Positions 57,307 through 64,000 of a DNA stretch of 64,000 nt are shown one piece after another (position 1 is the stretch's first letter; every line of letters starts with the position of its first letter). The DNA lies in the IMG/VR virus record IMGVR_UViG_2684623011_000001, positions 53,091 through 117,090 of that record, one strand, 5' to 3'. The position numbers were made by a program, and so were the translations under genes. The notes under the pieces were generated by a model that saw only the letters and a program-made list of their open reading frames with translations, was not told where the DNA came from and did no database searches. Source of the DNA: a virus. Taxonomy: Duplodnaviria > Heunggongvirae > Uroviricota > Caudoviricetes.

Positions 57307-57573
57307 TTATTTATTCATTAGTTCGTTCAAGTCAACTGAAATTCTTTTTGGGTCTGATAATTCATTTAACTCTTGTTCCCAAATCTCAATTGACCCTACA
57401 AGATCATCATCAAATTCATCAGTATCCTCTAAATAATTATTGAATAGCAGCCAATTCTTTAATAATTCTTTTGCCTTATTCAATGAAGTTGCACTAGTAA
57501 CATAATCTGATTTACTATCCCAAAATCCCTGTTCATCCACGATTACTACACTGAAAATCTTTTGTTTCTCCAT
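57307..57573 (-). CDS. small early protein
   Basis: AGGAGAGTGAGTAAAATG cassette. Confidence 0.5.
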   Translation of the reverse strand: MEKQKIFSVVIVDEQGFWDSKSDYVTSATSLNKAKELLKNWLLFNNYLEDTDEFDDDLVGSIEIWEQELNELSDPKRISVDLNELMNK

Positions 57574-57604
57574 TTTACTCACTCTCCTGAATTATTTTCC
57601 TAAC

Positions 57605-57814
57605 TTAAAATAGCAGTGTTTCTTTCTTAAATTTCCAACCACGCTTTTCAAATTCGTTCATTATCATTTCTGTATCATCGGCATTGTAGTTATACAGGAA
57701 TTGTTTCCAATTACTAATTCCCAAACTATTCAATACCTTGATTAACTTCTTCTTGTTAAACCAACATTGATATACGTTGCTTCCTTCTTCCCAGGTAACT
57801 AATTCCATAAACAT
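57605..57814 (-). CDS. small early protein (paralog of 56883-57098)
   Basis: GISNWKQFL / RGWKFKK motifs. Confidence 0.5.
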   Translation of the reverse strand: MFMELVTWEEGSNVYQCWFNKKKLIKVLNSLGISNWKQFLYNYNADDTEMIMNEFEKRGWKFKKETLLF

Positions 57815-57819
57815 AGCTT

Positions 57820-58068
57820 TCACTCTCCTAAAATTTCTTTTTCTTTTAACTGTTCTACTTTGTACCCAACATTTTCTAACGCTTCAATTGCCTCGGTTAA
57901 TGTCATTTCCAACCCAATTCCAAATGACTCGCCCCACTTGATTAATTCTTGTTCATTAACTCGTTCACGAAATCCATCGCCAGTGTCAATTAAAAATCTC
58001 ACTCTAAAATCACCACCAAAAATTCTTTTAGTATGTCCGAATAGGACAAATTTCACCAATTCCTGCAT
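57820..58068 (-). CDS. hypothetical protein
   Basis: Overlaps the 3' end of the clamp-like gene; start uncertain. Confidence 0.35.
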   Translation of the reverse strand: MQELVKFVLFGHTKRIFGGDFRVRFLIDTGDGFRERVNEQELIKWGESFGIGLEMTLTEAIEALENVGYKVEQLKEKEILGE

Positions 58069-58870
58069 TTTCTCGAATAAAGGTAAATGGTCGTAATGTT
58101 CCACTAAATGAGAACTTTAGAAATTCTGTGCTATCACATTTCTGAACCAATTCAATTAGATACTTCAAATTAAAATTAATTTCAAAATTAAGTCCCTTGT
58201 CATTTTCTACAATATGTTTCTCATCAATAAATAAATTCTTTTGCTTAATTTCTTGAATACTACTGTCGTCGCCATCAACGCCAATAACTACTCCCGAATT
58301 GTCTTGAATTTCAAGACGAACAACATTGCCATACTTTGCATTGGTAAATTTCTTCAATTCTTTTAACACTGGCAATAATTCTTTTTTCCGTGTTTCAAAA
58401 CTGAAGTAAGTACGATCTGGAATTACTCGTTCTAGTTCAGGGTAAAAATCATCGCTGCCATGATTATCAATAAATGTTTCGTTGTTACCGTCAATGAATG
58501 TGACCTTACCAACTGACCGTCCATTAGAATTAAATTCCGGCTTAATAAGTAAATATTCCCCGTGTTTTGTCGGTGTCTTAGATAAGTTTTTAGCAAACTT
58601 TCCATCAACCAAAAATTCTTTACTAGATAACTCAGATGGAATACTTGCCCCCACCTTTAAATACGTCAATTTGTGTGAATCCGTTGCGCCAAGGACCAAT
58701 TCATTCTCATTAATACCCACATGAATGTTCATTAGTGTTGGCCGGGACTTCTTCGTGCTTACACCAACCGTGACGAACCTAAGAGCTTTCAAAAATTCTT
58801 TTGCGTTTACAATAATTGCGTCGTTGTTTGTAGTAGTTGCTACGTTGTTTAATAGTGTTTGTGTATTCAT
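58028..58870 (-). CDS. possible sliding-clamp (DnaN-like) protein
   Basis: N-terminus FLKALRFVTVGVSTKKSRPTLMNIHVGINENELVLGATDSHKL resembles the DnaN N-terminal pattern (ILsnvLl...l.ltaTD). Confidence 0.4.
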   Translation of the reverse strand: MNTQTLLNNVATTTNNDAIIVNAKEFLKALRFVTVGVSTKKSRPTLMNIHVGINENELVLGATDSHKLTYLKVGASIPSELSSKEFLVDGKFAKNLSKTPTKHGEYLLIKPEFNSNGRSVGKVTFIDGNNETFIDNHGSDDFYPELERVIPDRTYFSFETRKKELLPVLKELKKFTNAKYGNVVRLEIQDNSGVVIGVDGDDSSIQEIKQKNLFIDEKHIVENDKGLNFEINFNLKYLIELVQKCDSTEFLKFSFSGTLRPFTFIRENAGIGEICPIRTY

Positions 58871-58932
58871 GATAATTACCTCTTAATAGTGAATTTATTT
58901 TTAATAGTGTTTTTGTTAATAAAATTTCTTTT

Positions 58933-59205
58933 CTATGCAACTTTTACAATCTCTAAATAATCAAGTTGAATTTCAGTTGGTTCAGTTTCATTCGGATAAT
59001 CATTGTCTCCGATCCACTCTGCAATATAGTGTCCCTTTAATTTCATTCCCCACATATCAATGGCAAACTCACAAAATTCTCCATTGGGAATATCTGAATT
59101 ATGTTCGTTATTAATTGCGCACCAAAAAGCCATATTAAAATCATCAATGTTTTTCTCCGTGACAATTCCGCGACTTTTCTCAATAACCAAATCATTCCAA
59201 CTCAT
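58933..59205 (-). CDS. hypothetical protein
   Basis: 90-aa ORF. Confidence 0.5.
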   Translation of the reverse strand: MSWNDLVIEKSRGIVTEKNIDDFNMAFWCAINNEHNSDIPNGEFCEFAIDMWGMKLKGHYIAEWIGDNDYPNETEPTEIQLDYLEIVKVA

Positions 59206-59241
59206 TTTCTATTTCCTCCAAAATTTCTTTATATCTAAACG

Positions 59242-59664
59242 TTAAATTGCAATCGTTAACAGCTCATCACCAACATTATTGAAAAATTCATCATCTTCTA
59301 TCAACATATCTGCAAATTCAAATGGCCCGTATTCAAAACTCACCGACCATAGTTCCTTAAATGTTTCCTCGGCGTCCCATTCTTCGATTGCCTTATGAAT
59401 TTCACTTGCTAAAATTCCTCGAACTGTTGAACTATCTTCTAATTCTCCATTTTCATCGTTGAATAATGCTTGATAATCACTCCCCTCAATAACTACTTGA
59501 ATTGTGGTATTATTAGGCGCTTCAATTGCTGCATTAATCCAAGGTTCACCATCGTTTTCAAACGTAATTTCTCCATTCCCATAATTAAGTGAATACTCAT
59601 CAACCATATCTTGAAAAATTTCTTCTACCTTACGGGCTTGCATATTATTTAATTTTTTTGTCAT
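59242..59664 (-). CDS. acidic hypothetical protein
   Basis: 140-aa ORF. Confidence 0.5.
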   Translation of the reverse strand: MTKKLNNMQARKVEEIFQDMVDEYSLNYGNGEITFENDGEPWINAAIEAPNNTTIQVVIEGSDYQALFNDENGELEDSSTVRGILASEIHKAIEEWDAEETFKELWSVSFEYGPFEFADMLIEDDEFFNNVGDELLTIAI

Positions 59665-59740
59665 TATTCATTTCCTCCAATTCACAAATGCCGTTATATC
59701 AACGTTTTTAGCAACTAAATTTCTTTATAAAATACATATT

Positions 59741-59995
59741 TTATAAATTGGCAATAAATGCTCGCACATCTTCATCATCAAACAAAGTTGGTTTATAGCC
59801 ACTGATTAACTCACCATCTGGGTCAAGAATGTCGTAACTAACTGGCTTGCTGTCGTCAATCCAGGTATCTATAACTTCGCCTAAATTGTCTCCCACATCT
59901 TCCTCTAAGTTCTCTAGGTCAACTTCGTGGGTTTCAACGACCGGTACTTGTGCATTGATTGTGTATCCTTTGCTAATAAATTCTTTTAATTCCAT
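59741..59995 (-). CDS. hypothetical protein
   Basis: 84 aa. Starts inside the 40-bp repeat copy A. Confidence 0.5.
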   Translation of the reverse strand: MELKEFISKGYTINAQVPVVETHEVDLENLEEDVGDNLGEVIDTWIDDSKPVSYDILDPDGELISGYKPTLFDDEDVRAFIANL

Positions 59996-60032
59996 CTTAA
60001 TTTCCTCCGTTTATCTAAAAATTCTTTTCGCT
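59993..60032 (-). repeat. 40-bp exact direct repeat spanning start codon, RBS and upstream element (second copy 60630-60669)
   Basis: catcttaatttcctccgtttatctaaaaattcttttcgct is identical at both sites. Confidence 0.8.
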
Positions 60033-60068
60033 CCAGCCTATGGAAATATCTAATTTTGTTAATTGTTT

Positions 60069-60632
60069 TTATGCTTCAATAATTTCCAAGCCGTAACGCT
60101 CAACCCAACCAAGGTCAGTAAGTTGTTTCATCATTTCATTTGCCGCATCAAGGCTGTAAAATTTCTTCCAACGATCATAGCTTAATTTTGTGTAGCGTGG
60201 AGTCACCTTTACTCCGATTTTGTCGCCGTTTGAAATTACCCACTTCCTTGGCTTGACACGTTTTTCTCCAACCAGCACCTTAAATGTTTCCTCGTTTCGC
60301 TCCACTGCAAACCATTCTTTATACCAGGCATCCTCTGGGTTATTGGACTTAGCTTTTTCTGGATAACGGTATCGCAATTTATTATTCTGAGATAACCAAG
60401 TTAATCGCTTGCTCATTGTACTGGAGCTACTAAATCTTAAGCTGCCATTAAGTGCATCATCAGCAAAATCAAAAACGCCCTTTTTAAATTCCTCGGGCGT
60501 CTTATAAGTATTCGTGTAATCCTCAACAACACGTCGATCAAACATATCGAAACAATTACTCGAACGATAGCGTCCAGTAATCGTCATGTCTTTGCGGTTA
60601 ATCTTAAAACTTAATACAGTATCGTAACTCAT
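60069..60632 (-). CDS. hypothetical protein
   Basis: 187 aa. Starts inside the 40-bp repeat copy B. Confidence 0.5.
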   Translation of the reverse strand: MSYDTVLSFKINRKDMTITGRYRSSNCFDMFDRRVVEDYTNTYKTPEEFKKGVFDFADDALNGSLRFSSSSTMSKRLTWLSQNNKLRYRYPEKAKSNNPEDAWYKEWFAVERNEETFKVLVGEKRVKPRKWVISNGDKIGVKVTPRYTKLSYDRWKKFYSLDAANEMMKQLTDLGWVERYGLEIIEA

Positions 60633-60670
60633 CTTAATTTCCTCCGTTTATCTAAAAATTCTTTTCGCTT

Positions 60671-61006
60671 CTACCAGTTAGGAAAAATATATTTTTCTTT
60701 GACAATAGTTGTTTGACTAATGGGCATTCCTCCTGCAACACCAACCAATTCATGCTTTTCTACACTTTCACCATCTTCTTGTGGATAGGCGAAAATTTGA
60801 ATATCATCTAATTCTTCATCTGTTAATTGTTCCCAATATTCCAGCAATTCATTTTCATCGAAAAACCCTTCAAGTTCATTACCGATCCAATCGCAAACAC
60901 TGAAATACCAGGATTTACGAATTAATTCACCATCAAAGTAGTCGTCTGGCTTTGTGTATCTGAAGACGATGGGGTAGTTTTCTTTAACAATGTGAAATGT
61001 TTTCAT
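60671..61006 (-). CDS. hypothetical protein
   Basis: 111-aa ORF. Confidence 0.5.
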   Translation of the reverse strand: MKTFHIVKENYPIVFRYTKPDDYFDGELIRKSWYFSVCDWIGNELEGFFDENELLEYWEQLTDEELDDIQIFAYPQEDGESVEKHELVGVAGGMPISQTTIVKEKYIFPNW

Positions 61007-61032
61007 GATCTAATTCCTCCTCAAAAATTCCT

Positions 61033-61581
61033 TTATGCCGCAACTTTGTTTTCTCGCTTTACCGTGCATTCATAATCAATTGACCAATCGTTGTCCTGGA
61101 TAACTTCGCTCAGCATTTCTACGTCCTCATCGCGTAAGTTGCCGACCGGCGTATAAATATCTTCGTTATCGTTGTAATAACCAACGGTGCCAGTTGCCAG
61201 ATCAATTGCTCCATCAATGTAAAGCCAGCCAAACGTTGAAAAGCCTAACAAAAAGTTCTTTTCGCCCTTGTCATAAATCAGGCATTGGCAACTTTCCATC
61301 ACTTCAATATCTCGATAATGTGCATATAAGTGATCGTCCACAATTTGAAGGCAATCAATTTCATCATCGTCCGGTGATGGTTCGATATAACCTTCGTCCA
61401 GTAATTCTTGAACCAGTTCAGACTTTTCCTCGTCGTCAACGTCCCACGGGTAAACCCCGTCAAACAAGTTCTCTAATTCTTCCCGACTTTCAAACTTGCC
61501 CTGGTCAATAAAGCTGAGTCCCATGTCCCAGCTACGGTCTAAAAGCACGTCAATTACTCCGTTGTTCACTTTTGTAGTCAT
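61033..61581 (-). CDS. acidic hypothetical protein
   Basis: 182-aa ORF. Confidence 0.5.
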   Translation of the reverse strand: MTTKVNNGVIDVLLDRSWDMGLSFIDQGKFESREELENLFDGVYPWDVDDEEKSELVQELLDEGYIEPSPDDDEIDCLQIVDDHLYAHYRDIEVMESCQCLIYDKGEKNFLLGFSTFGWLYIDGAIDLATGTVGYYNDNEDIYTPVGNLRDEDVEMLSEVIQDNDWSIDYECTVKRENKVAA

Positions 61582-61608
61582 AATTTAATTCCTCCTGAAA
61601 ATTTCTTC

Positions 61609-61818
61609 TTAGTGTTCGATACGTAGGCACCACCAGTAGTTATCAACTACCGCTTGATTAATTACGTCATACTCCCACAACTTGTTGAATGTAAAAACTG
61701 CGATTGCGTCATTACATAAGCTCGCAATTCTAATACCCTTTTTGTCAGCTTTCGTTAAGACAAGTTCGATAAACTTATCAAGTTTCTTCTGGCTCGCTTT
61801 TGTCTTAAATTCATTCAT
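61609..61818 (-). CDS. hypothetical protein
   Basis: Start moved to MNEFK after a GGAGG RBS. Overlap with the upstream gene removed. Confidence 0.4.
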   Translation of the reverse strand: MNEFKTKASQKKLDKFIELVLTKADKKGIRIASLCNDAIAVFTFNKLWEYDVINQAVVDNYWWCLRIEH

Positions 61819-61849
61819 TTTTATTTCCTCCAATTGTTCAATCTTGCTT

Positions 61850-62260
61850 TTATAACTGAAATTGTGCGAAAAACTTCTGTGTTGCTTGCTCAAAGGTATC
61901 AAACCAACGTCCTGCAAGTTCTGGATAATAACGATATTCTCCATCATCTGGATCAAAATCTGGACTATCCTCATCGTTATAACTATCCTGCTGCTTTTCG
62001 TATTCTTCGATAAACTCGTTGGCAATTTTCTCGGAATCCGTCAACATTGCATGATAAGCATTTGACCATTCATTCTGAAATTCTGGAATAACTACTAACC
62101 AGTGGCGACGCACCCGTCCATAGTGCAGGTTGCTAAAGTCAACCATGTAAGCAAAGGCTGTTCCCGTGTCAATTGGATATACGTCCCCATCTGATAAATT
62201 GATTACATTTTGAATCCATTCACTACTTACTTCATTCGTAATTACATAATTTTTCTTCAT
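61850..62260 (-). CDS. hypothetical protein
   Basis: 136 aa. AGGAGG RBS. Confidence 0.5.
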   Translation of the reverse strand: MKKNYVITNEVSSEWIQNVINLSDGDVYPIDTGTAFAYMVDFSNLHYGRVRRHWLVVIPEFQNEWSNAYHAMLTDSEKIANEFIEEYEKQQDSYNDEDSPDFDPDDGEYRYYPELAGRWFDTFEQATQKFFAQFQL

Positions 62261-62289
62261 GATTAATTCCTCCTACTAAAATTTCTTTT

Positions 62290-62445
62290 CTAGTTGACTT
62301 TGGTTAATTCAATTTCTCCATTGGTCGCTGCTTCAATAATCCACGGATAATTTTCAAGTAATACACGGCCACGGATATGGTCAACACCGCCTCCATGTGT
62401 TCCCTTGTAATCAACTCGGTATAATTTCGTTTTGAAGATACGCAT
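62290..62445 (-). CDS. hypothetical small protein
   Basis: Start moved to MRIFK after a GGAGG RBS. Confidence 0.4.
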   Translation of the reverse strand: MRIFKTKLYRVDYKGTHGGGVDHIRGRVLLENYPWIIEAATNGEIELTKVN

Positions 62446-62461
62446 TTTTATTTCCTCCGTC

Positions 62462-62986
62462 TTATAAGTTCTCATTCTTAAATTCTTCGATGATTTCACT
62501 TGCATGATTGTTAAGCATTTCTTGATAGTCGTATTCGGTCATGCTTTCACAATTACCGCAACCGTTAATAAAGATGTAACGGTCAAGCCAATTGTGAATA
62601 TCGCCAAAGAACACGGCTCGCGCTACTTCTTGCTTACTAGCAAACATCGTGTCGAAGAATTCATCATCAAAGTCGTATACGTCCTCGCAACCGGTTGCTT
62701 CACGATCGTCAAGGGCGTTGTATACGTCCTCAATGCTGTCGTAATCTTCAAGTGCTTCGGCCAATTCATTCAGAGCGTATAGGTTGTCGTATTCATCAAT
62801 CTTGAAAGGTGCTTCATAATCACTGATAAACCATTCATCGTGGTAGCCGTGCTTGCTATCACCGCCCAGGTCTAACTTGTCCAAAATATCCTTGTTTACG
62901 TCATCAACTGGCAAAGTTGTCCATTTTCCAGTAAGTTCACCATCGTTGTACTTCGCTAAGTTTGATACAAATACTTTAATTTTCAT
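62462..62986 (-). CDS. hypothetical protein
   Basis: 174-aa ORF. Confidence 0.5.
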   Translation of the reverse strand: MKIKVFVSNLAKYNDGELTGKWTTLPVDDVNKDILDKLDLGGDSKHGYHDEWFISDYEAPFKIDEYDNLYALNELAEALEDYDSIEDVYNALDDREATGCEDVYDFDDEFFDTMFASKQEVARAVFFGDIHNWLDRYIFINGCGNCESMTEYDYQEMLNNHASEIIEEFKNENL

Positions 62987-63050
62987 GATATTTACCCCTT
63001 TATTTTATTTAAAGTCTATTGTTTTACTGAATTAATAGTGTAAGATTACA

Positions 63051-63254
63051 TTAGTTTAGTAGGTTCGTCAATAGCGCCCGTAAAAGTGGGAACGTTATTG
63101 CAACAACAATAACTGCAATGAATCCAGCTAAAATGCTGTACTTCTTAAACTTGATTAGCTTTTCGCTATCCTGTTCTAATTGCTTAATGTATTCAGGATC
63201 AACCAACTTGTAATCCTGTTCAGCGTATTTTTGTAGTTCTTTTTGTGACATCAT
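63051..63254 (-). CDS. small membrane protein
   Basis: 67 aa with a C-terminal transmembrane helix. Confidence 0.45.
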   Translation of the reverse strand: MMSQKELQKYAEQDYKLVDPEYIKQLEQDSEKLIKFKKYSILAGFIAVIVVAITFPLLRALLTNLLN

Positions 63255-63307
63255 AATATCAAAACCTTTCTAATTTATTCAACGGTTATTATTAATCGCT
63301 TTACATA

Positions 63308-63332
63308 GAGTCTTATCGTGCTGATAAGGCTC
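63308..63332. promoter_or_regulatory. 10-bp-arm inverted repeat (gagtcttatc-gtgct-gataaggctc), possible operator
   Basis: Read directly from the sequence; upstream of the last minus-strand gene. Confidence 0.4.
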
Positions 63333-63350
63333 TCTAAAAACAATTAATAG

Positions 63351-63396
63351 TGTTCGTTAAGCGTCGTCAGTGTTCGTTAAGTGTCGTCAGTGTTTG
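63351..63396. repeat. 20-bp tandem direct repeat x2.3 (tgttcgttaag[c/t]gtcgtcag)
   Basis: Read directly from the sequence. Confidence 0.8.
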
Positions 63397-64000
63397 TATG
63401 TATAAACCCCGTCCAGTTCAAGCCCCACTTAATAGGCTAATCTTCCCCTTTTATGGTCCATACTCACGATTTATATGCTGCCACCATATAACCCGCCTAT
63501 CTACTCCACACGATATTTCGCAACATGATGCAAGTCTGATAGTTTTATTAAGTTTTCAAAGTTCAGCATATGTTGGTTTGAAAGTGATTGAGTATGCTCT
63601 CGCTCACACTGTCCGCCACCTTAATCCTTGCACTAACGGTAGTTATGGCTTTATCCTACCCCTACTCATACGAACTAATGTATCCCGTCGGTACGGTTTA
63701 TAGTGTTTAAATTAAGCCTGTCCAGCCCATTGACTTATGCGACTTACTAACGTTTTTTGAATTGGTAACTTTCCAATTAATCTGAACATTTTATATAACA
63801 TCGTAAGTTATATAAACTAACCTTTTATTTCTTAATCGCTTCAAGGCTTGCGATTACCTTAATCAACTTTACGGCTTTCATTATAACATCCGATGTTATA
63901 ATTGTCAAGACTTAATTTTTGAATTTTTTAGTGGTTGACCTCGGCGGCAAATAATATAGCTGAGTGAACTCACTTTTTAATTCATTTATTAAGTTTGTGC

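Noticed and set aside
63350-63703. 117-aa plus-strand ORF at the window end
   Set aside because: It overlaps the tandem repeat and palindromes. It has C/H/R-rich non-protein-like composition, GC content unlike the coding regions, and no RBS.
1-64000. CRISPR arrays, rRNA genes, transposase/IS elements
   Set aside because: No regularly spaced direct repeats with unique spacers were found. No rRNA-like conserved stretches were found. No transposase-like ORFs were found, and the recombinases present are tyrosine-recombinase family.

Overview
This 64-kb window reads as a contiguous piece of a large, AT-rich Firmicute phage genome, most likely a virulent Lactobacillaceae myophage, and no cellular housekeeping genes are present. 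The phage call is inferred from gene content and from Lactobacillus-type nucleoside enzymes (nucleoside 2-deoxyribosyltransferase, deoxynucleoside kinase, an Apf-like LysM protein). Everything here was read by eye from the sequence and the ORF track; no alignments or folds were run, so product names rest on recognisable motifs and remembered family sequences.

Layout from left to right:
- 1-6.4 kb, + strand: a replication module with a RecB-like PD-(D/E)XK exonuclease, a PHP-domain Pol III alpha-like DNA polymerase and an ATP-dependent DNA ligase.
- 6.4-17.5 kb, + strand: small accessory genes, two free-standing HNH homing endonucleases bracketing thymidine kinase and an Apf-like LysM protein, and a small tyrosine recombinase.
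- 17.7-19.4 kb: an inverted duplication of a roughly 175-aa gene flanking a putative small RNA that has its own promoter and terminator.
- 19.5-31.4 kb, - strand: small early-type genes, including a tandemly duplicated two-gene module, nucleoside 2-deoxyribosyltransferase and deoxynucleoside kinase.
- 31.5-35.6 kb: a block with no plausible ORFs that is dense in tRNA and tRNA-like genes on the - strand. At least three fold canonically (Arg-TCT, Ile-TAT, and a class-II-shaped tRNA with a CCA anticodon). Others are non-canonical, lack the anticodon arm, or are only the 3' half.
- 35.7-48.8 kb, - strand: NrdH-like redoxin, a PnuC-like transporter, an SPFH protein, and a replication/recombination block (RecD-like helicase, DnaB-like helicase, Mre11/SbcD nuclease, a RecA-like ATPase, a candidate SSB, a P-loop kinase).
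- 48.9-51.3 kb: two tandem tyrosine recombinases.
- 51.5-54.7 kb: two MazF/PemK-type toxin genes, one paired with a DinJ/RelB antitoxin and one without a recognisable partner.
- 54.7-63.3 kb, - strand: a long array of very small genes driven by repeated promoter/RBS cassettes, resembling a host-takeover region.
- 63.3-64.0 kb: ORF-free DNA with a 20-bp tandem repeat and several palindromes.

The track's very short antisense or low-complexity ORFs are treated as spurious.
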